Counted from the first letter of the stretch, positions 48,674 to 58,481 are shown. The stretch: 63,960 nucleotides of DNA from an uncultured virus (IMG/VR IMGVR_UViG_3300029985_000693) (IMGVR_UViG_3300029985_000693:62001-125960); one strand, 5' to 3'. The notes: generated by a model not told the origin, from the sequence alone. Translations and numbers: made by a program.

Positions 48674-48675
48674 AT

Positions 48676-49314
48676 TTAAATTACTCCAAATAGATCTAAC
48701 TGGGAGGGGTGTTTATCACTAATAAAAGACTCCAGTCGTCCCGGATACCGTTCGAACAGCTTCCGGGATGTAGCCGTTAGGGCAGTTTCGTAAGCAAAGC
48801 CAGACATATTGCAAAGGTCCGACAAACCAAACAGTACATTGCGTAGAGCGATTTCGACGGGTTCCCGGATATCCTGTTCTGTTTTGTTGCCGTGAAAGAG
48901 GAACTTCTTGACGGACTCTCCGGCGTCCTTGGCGTTGTTGAGGACGTAGTTCAGCCTGTCCCTGAAGCCATCTTGGTTGCTGGATGGGTCTAGTGCGTTG
49001 TTGTGTTTCTCTAGGTAGGTGCGGGTGTACTCACCCATCGGCTGTAGCCCTAGCTCCCGTTGTAGGTTGGCCACGTACCAAGTGACATCCCCTATTTCCA
49101 GTTGGGCCGGTAAGAACTCTTGGGGTTTGGCGTTCATTGGGGTCATGTACTTGTACCCATCGAAATAGGCCCCGTGTAGTTCGATAGCTTCATCCACCAG
49201 CCCTAGCGCAAAGTTGGCTAGTTTTTCGCGGTGCGTCAAAGTCAAATTAACGGTGATTCCGGATTTAATGTAAAAATCTTCATAGAAGTGTTCTGCTAGA
49301 GTTGGAATTTTCAT
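48676..49314 (-). CDS. MazG-like nucleotide pyrophosphohydrolase
   Basis: LGLVDEAIE, LEIGDVTWY, KLFERYP; start at ATG 49314; C-terminal QLDLF. Confidence 0.75.
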   Translation of the reverse strand: MKIPTLAEHFYEDFYIKSGITVNLTLTHREKLANFALGLVDEAIELHGAYFDGYKYMTPMNAKPQEFLPAQLEIGDVTWYVANLQRELGLQPMGEYTRTYLEKHNNALDPSSNQDGFRDRLNYVLNNAKDAGESVKKFLFHGNKTEQDIREPVEIALRNVLFGLSDLCNMSGFAYETALTATSRKLFERYPGRLESFISDKHPSQLDLFGVI

Positions 49315-49321
49315 GGTCCCC

Positions 49322-49384
49322 ACTCTACCAAAGAGAGTAAGAGGTGTCAAGGGGGTTGCAAAAAATCGTTAGGTGTGTTAGATT
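49322..49384. promoter_or_regulatory. back-to-back sigma70-type promoters
   Basis: Minus: TTGACA-N17-TAGAGT-N7-ATG (49322-49350); plus: TTGCAA-N17-TAGATT (49356-49384). Confidence 0.7.
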
Positions 49385-49400
49385 CAAACATTGGAGTGAA

Positions 49401-52400
49401 ATGAAAAGACTATACTTTTATTTACGCTTGTGTAGGCATAAACCTACATATCTTTCTTTGTTAGAGACAGATGCCAGTACCGCCTGGATCACATGTAAGG
49501 ATTGCTGTGACAATATAATTGGCTATTATAGGTTTGATTTTACAAATAGGTGCATCAAAAGGGTTAAAAGCTACTTACAAGGAAAGGGTGAAAAGTCAGG
49601 AGAATGAATAAAGTATTAATAATACAGCCCTGTAAGCACAATAAGTTGATAAACTATACAGACTCAGAAGTATATTGGGCTGCTATGGAATGTATAGCTT
49701 GTGATAGATACTACTTTTTCAACTTTTTAACCAGACAGCTTATTTTTGAAGAACCCAAAGGTGTTGGTTGGTATAGAGTAAGAAAATGATTAAAAATCCC
49801 ATTTATGTACGTCCATGTAAGCACAACACCTACTCTGGTGTAGGTTACTACATAATAGACAACCAATTAAGCTACGAGTGCGAACAATGCACTATGTTTT
49901 TTCAAAAGAAGGATCATAGAGTTGACCTTATATATTACGCTTTTACAGGAGAAAGAAAAATAAAACCAATAGTAAAATGGTGGAATGAAGGATATTTCAC
50001 TTACACTACATGGGAACAATTTTTGTCTTGCCATAATAGACTTCGGAATAAGTTGGAATATTATCTGTTTAAAATTTTGTACTTTTTGGCTAGATTCTTC
50101 TGGGTCATTATTGATAACGATTTTTTTTAGGATACCATCCTACCTAGACCTACATCATGATAAATACAATCAAAGAATTTAACATCTACTTCCGGTTCTG
50201 CAAACACATCTTTGGATATACTTGTTATTTGTCCAAAGAAAACTTCCTGTTTCAAGGTAAGAGTGAACCTATAATAAGAAGATGGGTGTTTTGTAATGAT
50301 TGCAAAAAATACTTTACCATTAATGAACGGCTTGTGATTCCCAACAGAATTACCAAAAAGTCTAACCTTCTAGATTCGGTACTGGGTTAAATGAGATCTT
50401 TCTACTATATACGTGTATGTAGGTCGTGCGTATATTCCAATAATGTATTTGACTATTTTTGCTGTATACATTGCAAACTGGATCATGTAATTAGGGATAG
50501 AATTGTTGAAAATATTGAATGTGGAGTCTGGATATGAAAAACACCCTTGTGTATTCTATTGGTACCACATGAAAACCCATCCCTATTACCGTCCTTGCCC
50601 ACATGTACATACATACGACTCTGGTAAATACGGAAAGTTCTTTTCCAACCCATTAAGTGAATGTATGTATTGCAATCTGAGTCTAATAGCTAACGATAGG
50701 GCTGTTTATACTATAGATTTGTACTCCGATGATTACGATGATTTCGAAGAAGATGGTTCCATATTGTGAAATATAAATTACCCTATTACAGACCTTGCAA
50801 ACACTCCCAAGGAATAATGAAGTCTTGCTCAACCTGCTCAGTCTACTTGTTGGATAGAGTTTGTCATAAAATAGTCAACTTTTCTAATTGGACCGGAATG
50901 GGACCGCTTAATTCGGGCAAATAATATGAAAAACGTACTATTTGTAAGACCATGTAGGCATTTGTACGATACAGATAATTACGCTTCTTGGGAAGGTATG
51001 GGGTGTTCTGATTGTAGAATAAGGTATTATTTCGATTATACAAACCGATACCTTTCCTTCCGTAAATACAGAATAATACTCCGGAATACCAAATGAAATA
51101 CAACTTTTACACTAGATACTGCCCTCACTATTTCAATGCATACGAAGATGAAGATGAATACGATTTATTGGCACTAATATGCTGTGGTTATTGCGGAGTA
51201 CTCCACTACCAATTTAAACTCTCCAGCCGAACCCTGATCGTATCCAAATGCGATTATTTGGGCGATGAATGATATTTTGGGATTTTGATAGAGACAAATG
51301 AATAATATAATATCTAAATACTATAAGTCCTTCCCTTACGTAAGATTTTTGGGTCACTATGCCCGACTCTTAACCTCAATACTGGCCTAAACCCCTGGAT
51401 TAAGCCTTGCTATGTATAACAAAACCAACCTACCCTATTACCGTCCTTGCCCCCATACATATACCTATGATACGATTAGATATAATAAGTTCTGTTTAAA
51501 TCCCTTAAGAGATTGTACGTATTGCTCCACCTCCCTAACTGTTAACGAAAGGAATGTTGAAGCCATGGAACTATACAACAAATACTACTACGAAGAGGAT
51601 GAAATTGAAATACAATTTACCTTATGTAAGACAATGTAGGCATCTATACGATCCAATTCTGTTCTACCTATACGAAGTAGGTGCGTCGTGCCGTGATTGT
51701 CGAATCGTATACTTTTTCAACGATACAACCCGACAACAGGATAGCCGTAAATACCTACCTATACCCAAAAACCAATGAAATATACTTTTTATACCAGATA
51801 TTGCCCTCATTCCTATAATGCCCCTAAAGATGTCCATATATGCGATTTATTGGAAATGTATTGTTGCACCCCTTGCGGGGAATCCCATTTCCTATTTAGA
51901 CTCACCGACCGAACCTTAATTACTACCAAATGTGATTTTTACAACCAAGAGGAAACAAACCGTATCCCTATCCCCGACCTCTTACAGTTTTTAAACACAC
52001 CTTAATACCCTCTGAAAACCCAATGTATAAACTATCCCCATACTATAAATACAAACCCTACGTAAGGTTTTGCGGCCACCCCTCGATCTGCTTTTGGGAT
52101 TCTTACTCCCACTTGTGCCTTATATGCCAAACACAAACAAGGTTTGATACAATTACCAGGGAAATAAGTTTTATAGAAAAATTATAATAAGGATCCTCCT
52201 TGAAACCAACCAAATCCCCCTTGTCCCAAAATTCCCCATACCGTCGCCCCTGCAAACACCTTTTCGTTGCCCTTAAATTACAAATCGAATTATGGCTACA
52301 AACAAACAATACTACCGTAGACGCTCTTTGTATGGTGAAAATGGAAGAACACCCGACCTTTCTTTTTTAGATATAAAATTTTTATAAAAAAAATTGGATT

Positions 52401-52430
52401 TAACTTAAAGGGACTACAGAGTAAATACCC
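49401..52430 (+). other. tandem array of about 15 small paralogous CxH/CxxC ORFs
   Basis: ORFs at 49401, 49604, 49786, 50157, 50391, 50569, 50766, 50926, 51093, 51298, 51412, 51599, 51775, 52023, 52200; most share [YF]x[R]xCxH...CxxC. Confidence 0.8.
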
Positions 52431-52432
52431 CT

Positions 52433-52527
52433 GGTAACGGTTCCTTGGTAATGGTTCCTTGGTAATGGTTCTTAACGTAACGGTTCCTTGGTAACGGTTC
52501 CTTGGTAACGGTTCCTTGGTAACGGTT
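52433..52527. repeat. 14-bp tandem repeat GGTAACGGTTCCTT, about 7 copies
   Basis: Direct reading; two copies have GGTAATGG, one is irregular. Confidence 0.95.
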
Positions 52528-52885
52528 TTATTAGGGGAAAATTATCTTAAAAATTCCAGGTGTAATACGTAAAGTCCCCCCAAACCCCAAAACCCCCTAT
52601 CCTACCCAGGGGAACCTCCCCGGATAGTATCACCTATACCCCCCCCCGTGATTACCCTGTAAGGAATAACCCCTAAGACTAAGGTCCAGGATCCTTGGCA
52701 AGGATCTTGCTTGGTAAACCCGGTATGTTTATTGCATAGGGGAACCGGCATGGTTATTGCTAGTGGTAGCGTGGCAACGATATTGCAAGGATCCTAATGG
52801 TATGGTTATTGCATAGGGATTTCGTTGCTTGCAAGCCTTATGCCATATCATTAGCAATGGTTTCCCGGCTATGGTCCCTTTGGAT

Positions 52886-52901
52886 TGTTCCACGTGGAAC
52901 A
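52886..52901. promoter_or_regulatory. parS: parS site
   Basis: TGTTCCACGTGGAACA inside a perfect 24-bp palindrome (52882-52905). Confidence 0.85.
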
Positions 52902-52996
52902 ATCCTGCGCGTGCGCATGTGTGTGTATGTGGATGTGAGTGTATGCCCACATCTATATATGGTGTGTCGTACCCAAGACCTAGGTCTCAAGCTTTC

Positions 52997-53039
52997 TGGG
53001 GATAACCTGTTAGTAAGCTGTTAGTAAGCCTGTGGATAA
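52997..53039. promoter_or_regulatory. DnaA-box array
   Basis: TGGGGATAA, TGTTAGTAA, TGTTAGTAA, perfect TGTGGATAA at 11-12 bp period. Confidence 0.7.
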
Positions 53040-53785
53040 CTTTTGGCACGGATCTTGTCTAGGCGTTTTCAGCGTCTGGACGGGATAGAGCCTAGGGATC
53101 CTCGGGCCGCGCTAGGAAGGGCGGATCCGCTCGTTTAATTGGCATTTAGCGCAAAGCGTCATTTAATCCGACTTTAGTCTTATTTTTGAGACCCTAAGCA
53201 AGATCCTTGCCAAAGAGTCTAAGCTATGTCGGCACGTTTGTTGCTACGCGCGCGGGCGCTTGATCCTTTGGTAAGGGATTAGAATTTCCCCTACGGGGAG
53301 AAACCGTTCGTTTGAGACGACGACGCATTGCGTCAAGAGTTTTACGTTAGGGGAATTCGAGGATTCCTCTAGCGGTCTAACCCCTTGAATTCCTTACTGT
53401 ACAGTTTCACTACAGACTATGACAACCTTGTCCTAGTGACTTTTCTCAATGGTTTCATACAGTTAACCCTTTTTAGACCTTAGTCCTATGATCCAAGCGT
53501 CTCGATCCTGTCTGTTTTGCTGTACCATTTGGATCGTTTCCCCTACGGGGAGAGATCGTTCGATCCCATTGTAATCATTACACTTTTTTCCCCGCCCTGT
53601 TTTGGCGTAACGCTTGGCATGGCCGCTGCATAATAGGCCATTATCTCAGTTTGGTTCGCTCCTCTCTCTCTCCGAGGCGTTTCCCCTCTCCCCGCTGTTT
53701 CCCTCTACAGAAAAAGGATTGACGGCCCCCTTCTTCTCTGGTACAACCTTCCCCGCTGTTTCCCTCTACGAAAAGGATCCTCCCC

Positions 53786-54997
53786 ATGATCTCCACCGAT
53801 ACCGATATTGATTTCGCTGGCCTCACTCCCACCGAGACGCCGATCGCCTCGGATCCGGCCCCCATGGCCGATCTGGATCTCATTGAGTACGTTTCCCCTT
53901 CCGATCCGCACGTGATCATTCCCGAGATCGTCTCCACGCCTAACACCGTCTTGGATCACTCGGTCGGTTTCGGTCGCGTCGATGGCGATGAGCGCGCCGC
54001 GCTGGACACTGGAACCGTCCAGTTCGTGAGTTCGACCACCACGTCAACGGATCTGGCGGGAAACAGCACGGCCAGCGTTCAAACGATGGGTATGGTCGCA
54101 GGGGGCGCGCGCGAGATCCTGGCCAAGGCGGATCTGGCCTTTACCGTCGAAAGCGCGCCGATCTACACGTTGCGCGGAGGTCTTCCCGTCCAGATCGAAG
54201 GCAAAAAGGCGCTTGTCCGCACCGATACCGAGGAACCGGTCGGACTGGCAGGCGATGGGCGCGGGATCATTCAGTACGGGGAATGGGGCGAGGTGGTGGA
54301 TATGCTGATCGAACGCGCGAATGGCGAATTGTCGTTTGCTAACGCGATCAAACTGGACAACGGCGGGGCCATGGTTATGCAGATGGCCCGCAAGGGGAGC
54401 GTGGGGCGCTATGACGTTAAGGACATGATCACGTTGATCACGTCCCACAACGGTCGTTTCGCTGCCACGTTGGGATTTTCCCGCACCATGGTCGTTTGCG
54501 ATAACACGCTCGCGCATGCTCTCCACGAGGCAAAAAACGGGATCAAACTGAAGCACACCCGCCACGTTGCAGAGCGGTTCTCGCTCATTGCGGATGCACT
54601 CGAGATGTCGAAGGCGTATGCGGGCGCGCTGGATAATCACACGCTCCGGATGATGGGCCAAAAGATGACCGATGATCAGATGGTGCGGCTTGCGTCGAAA
54701 CTGATCCCTTCCGATAGCGCCCGCGCGGAGGGTATGCGTGAAAAGCTGATCAGTGCGTGGACTACCGCGCCCGGAGCGGCTCCGGGGACGCGCTGGGGCG
54801 GATTGCAAGCGGTTACGTACTACACCTCCCACCTCATGGGATCGCGTGACACTGGACGCGCAGCGCAAGCCGCGAAATTTGAATCGCAATACATGGGAGC
54901 CGCGCAAAAGTTTTCGCAGAGCGGTTTTGACGTTCTGACGGACGATCGGGAATTCGAGGGACTGGCCAACGTGCAGATCGTCCGTCGCGCTCTATAG
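53786..54997 (+). CDS. DUF932-family phage/plasmid protein
   Basis: ALVRTDT, IIQY, TSHNG, VVCDNTL, LKHT, GTRWG..QAVT.Y. Confidence 0.8.
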   Translation: MISTDTDIDFAGLTPTETPIASDPAPMADLDLIEYVSPSDPHVIIPEIVSTPNTVLDHSVGFGRVDGDERAALDTGTVQFVSSTTTSTDLAGNSTASVQTMGMVAGGAREILAKADLAFTVESAPIYTLRGGLPVQIEGKKALVRTDTEEPVGLAGDGRGIIQYGEWGEVVDMLIERANGELSFANAIKLDNGGAMVMQMARKGSVGRYDVKDMITLITSHNGRFAATLGFSRTMVVCDNTLAHALHEAKNGIKLKHTRHVAERFSLIADALEMSKAYAGALDNHTLRMMGQKMTDDQMVRLASKLIPSDSARAEGMREKLISAWTTAPGAAPGTRWGGLQAVTYYTSHLMGSRDTGRAAQAAKFESQYMGAAQKFSQSGFDVLTDDREFEGLANVQIVRRAL

Positions 54998-55194
54998 TCG
55001 GCCGTTGTTAGGGTACCGAGGGGAGGGATCTTCCTCGCGGTACCTTGTAGAGCGGCCCCATCCTCATTATGAGCGCAGTGTTTTCAACCTATACCAATTG
55101 GACCTTCCCTCTGTTTGCGTTGCGCCTTGGCCTGTTTCCCGCTCTTCTCTGATACCGTTTTCAGTTTCCGTTAACCGCCATAAAGGAAAAACCC

Positions 55195-55407
55195 ATGAAA
55201 ACACCGAAAGTCTCGAACGTGGATCTCTTTCAGCTGCTCAATATGGCTTTTTGCGAAGGACAGGACGGAACGAAGTGGGAGGATCTGGCCTACACGTTCA
55301 GGTGCGCTCGCGATGATAAAGCTTTGGCCGACATGGGCGCTCGTTTCTTTGATGATGATTCCCTTGTCAACTTCTATGTACAGGTTAAGCTGGCTTTCGA
55401 GGAATAA
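55195..55407 (+). CDS. hypothetical protein
   Basis: AAAGGA SD, 70 aa. Confidence 0.65.
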   Translation: MKTPKVSNVDLFQLLNMAFCEGQDGTKWEDLAYTFRCARDDKALADMGARFFDDDSLVNFYVQVKLAFEE

Positions 55408-55590
55408 CCCATAAACAGGCGCTTAAACACGCTCGCGGCGGGATCCTCCCGATACTGCGCGTGTGTGTACAGGATATCGGCCGCATCCCATAACGGTTAA
55501 AGGCTGTTGGGGTAGGTTAGGAGGATCCTCTTTTAACCTACCTTGTAGAGCTTTCAACCTTCCCCTTTTAACCCATAAAGGAAAAACCCC

Positions 55591-55719
55591 ATGCCTACCA
55601 CCAACGGCCACATTAACAATCTGCGAGAGGCGACCGATCTGGATCGTGAAACCGCTACGTCCCACACTGCCTATTGGGATTGTTACGGATTGATTCCTCG
55701 TGCAAAACCTACCTTGTAG
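55591..55719 (+). CDS. small hypothetical protein (42 aa)
   Basis: Same leader and MPTT start as 56283. Confidence 0.45.
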   Translation: MPTTNGHINNLREATDLDRETATSHTAYWDCYGLIPRAKPTL

Positions 55720-55763
55720 AGCTTTCAACCTTCCTTCTTTTAACCCATAAAGGAGAATCCACA

Positions 55764-56198
55764 ATGGCAAACATTGGCGAGACAGACAGAAACGGATTCA
55801 CGACAGTGCACGTAGAGGAGAGCGACGGCGTGTGGTATGATCTGGCGATCTCTCTGGACGAAGAGAGCGAGATTGATGGATCGTTCAGTGATAGCAGCGT
55901 TGCGGACTATGTGCGCGAACAGATTGCAGCAGGAAACCCATGGGCATGGTGCGTTGCCCGCGTCACCGCGCGAGCAGGCGAGGGGCGTGGAGTCGATTAC
56001 CTCGGATCCTGCAGCTATAGGGATACTTCCGAGTTCGTTCAGCCCGGTGGTTATTTCGACGATATGAAGCGGACGGCCCGGGCGGATCTCGTCTCGGAAC
56101 TCAAACTCTCGGTAGATGTTGGCAACGCAGCGCGCGCCACGCTTGCGAAACTGTCAGGCAACCCGGATCCCATCTACACGCTGCACGATAACGGTTAA
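55764..56198 (+). CDS. hypothetical protein, paralog of 58482-58871
   Basis: AAGGAG SD; WAWC..VTA...D.LG.CS...Y..DMK shared. Confidence 0.7.
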   Translation: MANIGETDRNGFTTVHVEESDGVWYDLAISLDEESEIDGSFSDSSVADYVREQIAAGNPWAWCVARVTARAGEGRGVDYLGSCSYRDTSEFVQPGGYFDDMKRTARADLVSELKLSVDVGNAARATLAKLSGNPDPIYTLHDNG

Positions 56199-56282
56199 AG
56201 GCTGTTGGGGTAGGTTAGGAGGATCCTCTTTTAACCTACCTTGTAGAGCTTTCAACCTTTTACCCCATAAAGGAAAAACCCC

Positions 56283-56678
56283 ATGCCTACCACTACCAAA
56301 AGGATCACACCAATGAAACCCAATTTTGAGATCATCGATCACGGCTGTGAACACGGCCAGTATTTCCAGGGGTGCGGCGTCTCTTTTACTCCCTTTTTGC
56401 ATGTTGTCACCGGGGTAGCAGATACCCCGGCCGATGCACTCGAGGATGCTATCTCTAGTCTGTACGATCAGGCGGAACGGCCGGACGATGAAGCATTGAC
56501 CGCGATCGAGGCGGAAGCGGCCGTCTTGATTGCTAACGCGCCTGCTACCGCACACAAGAATTGCCACGAAGATTGCCGTCAATATTTTGACGGTACTGAT
56601 GAACAGTTTGAACGCTCGCACGAAATGTGCGAAATTGCCTATCGGGTATCAATCCGCTTTGGACGAAAGGAAGGCTAA
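56283..56678 (+). CDS. hypothetical acidic protein
   Basis: AAAGGA SD. Confidence 0.65.
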   Translation: MPTTTKRITPMKPNFEIIDHGCEHGQYFQGCGVSFTPFLHVVTGVADTPADALEDAISSLYDQAERPDDEALTAIEAEAAVLIANAPATAHKNCHEDCRQYFDGTDEQFERSHEMCEIAYRVSIRFGRKEG

Positions 56679-56683
56679 CCCGT

Positions 56684-56857
56684 ATGCGTATGCGGAACGG
56701 TAAAGCGCACCGGCTTTGCTCAAAAGGAAGCAATCCGACTCGAGGATGGTACAACCGCCATGTAGTCAAGCGGATCACAGCTAAGGCTATGCGGCGTGCC
56801 GCTAAGCTGCTCAATGAGGATTGTCCGCGCATGGTCGGGATCGGATGGTGCTTTTAA
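56684..56857 (+). CDS. small basic protein
   Basis: MRMRNGKAHR..., GGAAGG upstream. Confidence 0.5.
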   Translation: MRMRNGKAHRLCSKGSNPTRGWYNRHVVKRITAKAMRRAAKLLNEDCPRMVGIGWCF

Positions 56858-56949
56858 GTGTTTTAACCGCTGTTCGAGTAAGCCAGTGCTTTCTTGGCTT
56901 ACTCTTTAGAGCGGTTAACCTGTTTTAACTCTTTCCCCCGAGGTATCCC

Positions 56950-57513
56950 ATGGCTCTCAACATCTTCGATTCATACAACAACAAGATCGTTTTGCCTAAC
57001 GATATCAACGGATTAGACGTTACCGTTAAACAGTGGAAAGGATCTAAACATCGGCAATACATCGAACTTAAGGATCTGGACGGTCGCGCCATCATCCTGC
57101 TAAGTCCTGAGAATGCGGGAGATACGGGATACATACACGCGGGGGGCGCTTCTTACCGCATCGCTGAAAACGGTTACAACGGCGATGCTGTTTGGCTTGG
57201 GCGCTGCGCTCCCCGCTATTTCGTATGCTTTGGGGAAGATCTAGAAGAAACGATCGAAAGCGCGGCGGAGTGGGCCGCTGACAACGCGCCCGGGTACCTA
57301 GTAGAGGATTCCCTTATCCATACGCTCTACAAAGAAGCCTTCGCGGAAGGATTGAGCGAAAGAGCCGCGCAAGAGCAAGCGACACAAGATATGATCTACA
57401 CAGAATCGGGGTATATTGAATCCGAGGATCTAGGTGTTTTCAAGCCTAGCGCGGAAGTTTTGTCCGCTGCTACCGTTATCGGTAAAATGCTGCGCGCAGA
57501 AAGCGAGGGTTAA
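56950..57513 (+). CDS. hypothetical protein
   Basis: GAGG SD, 187 aa. Confidence 0.7.
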   Translation: MALNIFDSYNNKIVLPNDINGLDVTVKQWKGSKHRQYIELKDLDGRAIILLSPENAGDTGYIHAGGASYRIAENGYNGDAVWLGRCAPRYFVCFGEDLEETIESAAEWAADNAPGYLVEDSLIHTLYKEAFAEGLSERAAQEQATQDMIYTESGYIESEDLGVFKPSAEVLSAATVIGKMLRAESEG

Positions 57514-57516
57514 ACA

Positions 57517-57972
57517 ATGGCAAACACTAGGGATTTTGTGGCGAAGTATGGGATCAAGGTGCAGGCCATCCGCACCGTTAGCAATCCGAATGCAACAAAA
57601 GGCGACTGGAACGACAAGGCGCGGCACTGGCTTTGTGTGTTGCATAGGGACTCGGGCCAAAGCGCCCCCGTGCAACGTCCTAACGGATCATGGGTTAAAC
57701 AGCCGATCGCCCATACGATGCCAGTCTATTTCTCGCAAGGATCAGGCCACAAGCGGGAGCCCACTGCTTGGGACGTGCTCGATTGCCTTGCATCGGACGT
57801 ATCCGGAGCGGATCAAGACTTCGGGGGATGGGCCGGTGATCTCGGTTACGACAAGGATTCAAGAGAAGCGGAACGCACGTTCAATACTATCAAGCAACAG
57901 TCGGTTGCGTTGGGGGAGTTTTTGGGCCGACCGCTTTTGTCAGAGCTTTTGACCGATTATGAGGGTCTTTAA
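57517..57972 (+). CDS. hypothetical phage protein
   Basis: FSQGSGH.REPT..DVL.CL.SD...F..W..DLGYD.DSR.A pattern. Confidence 0.7.
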   Translation: MANTRDFVAKYGIKVQAIRTVSNPNATKGDWNDKARHWLCVLHRDSGQSAPVQRPNGSWVKQPIAHTMPVYFSQGSGHKREPTAWDVLDCLASDVSGADQDFGGWAGDLGYDKDSREAERTFNTIKQQSVALGEFLGRPLLSELLTDYEGL

Positions 57973-58038
57973 AAGCTAAAAAGCTTAGTTTTTACCATTA
58001 GTTAAACCCTCTTTACCCCTAAACCCGAGGCTTTCCCA

Positions 58039-58266
58039 ATGGAACCGCACGGAACGATCATAGAAGGCCGCTTAAAAGGCACTCGCTGCGCTTTGGTGCG
58101 GGTTGTCGATCCTCCCGCGCCTTGCTCTGGTAGTGAGACGGTGCGCCTAGAAATGGTGGTGGTGCGAGTGTTTGACTGTGCGGATCCTAGCTTTTCGCCT
58201 GAATGGCCGATCCGCATTCCTCGTGCGCATGTTTTGCTTGACTCCGATGCACCGAAAGAAGGCTAA
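58039..58266 (+). CDS. hypothetical protein
   Basis: GAGG SD. Confidence 0.55.
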   Translation: MEPHGTIIEGRLKGTRCALVRVVDPPAPCSGSETVRLEMVVVRVFDCADPSFSPEWPIRIPRAHVLLDSDAPKEG

Positions 58267-58481
58267 ACTATATGAAAGCATATGATATTGTCCGCCGATT
58301 CTACGGTTTAGACCCTATTGTTTCCGAGGATAAGCTGGTGGAAATGGTGGCAAACGACGGAAGAGGAGTGCAAGGAATGCGGGAGCGAAGAGCCTAACCA
58401 TCAATGCGATAACTGCGCTTAAAATAGGTATGATTTAACACACATTAACCTACACTCTCTAACAAAAAGGTTATAGATTAT

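Larger units (their letters stand above)
52696..53630. promoter_or_regulatory. cluster of sigma54 (-24/-12) motifs
   Basis: YGGYA-N6-TTGCW at 52696, 52721, 52746, 52772, 52798, 53230 (+), 52830 and 53197 (-); CTGCA variant at 53615; near match at 53044. Confidence 0.75.
55000..56918 (+). repeat. repeated intergenic structured element (TGTT-hairpin-TAGAGC)
   Basis: Copies at 55000-55057, 55495-55559, 55705-55730 (3' half), 56193-56257, 56863-56918. Confidence 0.8.

Noticed and set aside
49401..52430. Diversity-generating retroelement acting on the mini-gene array
   Set aside because: No reverse transcriptase in the window and no template/variable repeat pair differing only at adenines
52433..52527. 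CRISPR array
   Set aside because: 14-bp head-to-tail repeats with no spacers; no cas genes seen
52815..52868. Two further sigma54-like sites (52815 plus, 52853 minus)
   Set aside because: GG-to-GC spacing is 9 rather than the required 10
54044..54907. 287-aa antisense ORF inside the DUF932 gene
   Set aside because: Expected shadow in GC-rich coding DNA; no recognisable motifs, unlike the +1 ORF in the sigma intein
55490..56300. CRISPR repeats or integron attC cassettes
   Set aside because: Repeats are about 70-110 bp and separated by whole genes; no canonical RYYYAAC/GTTRRRY ends and no integrase in the window
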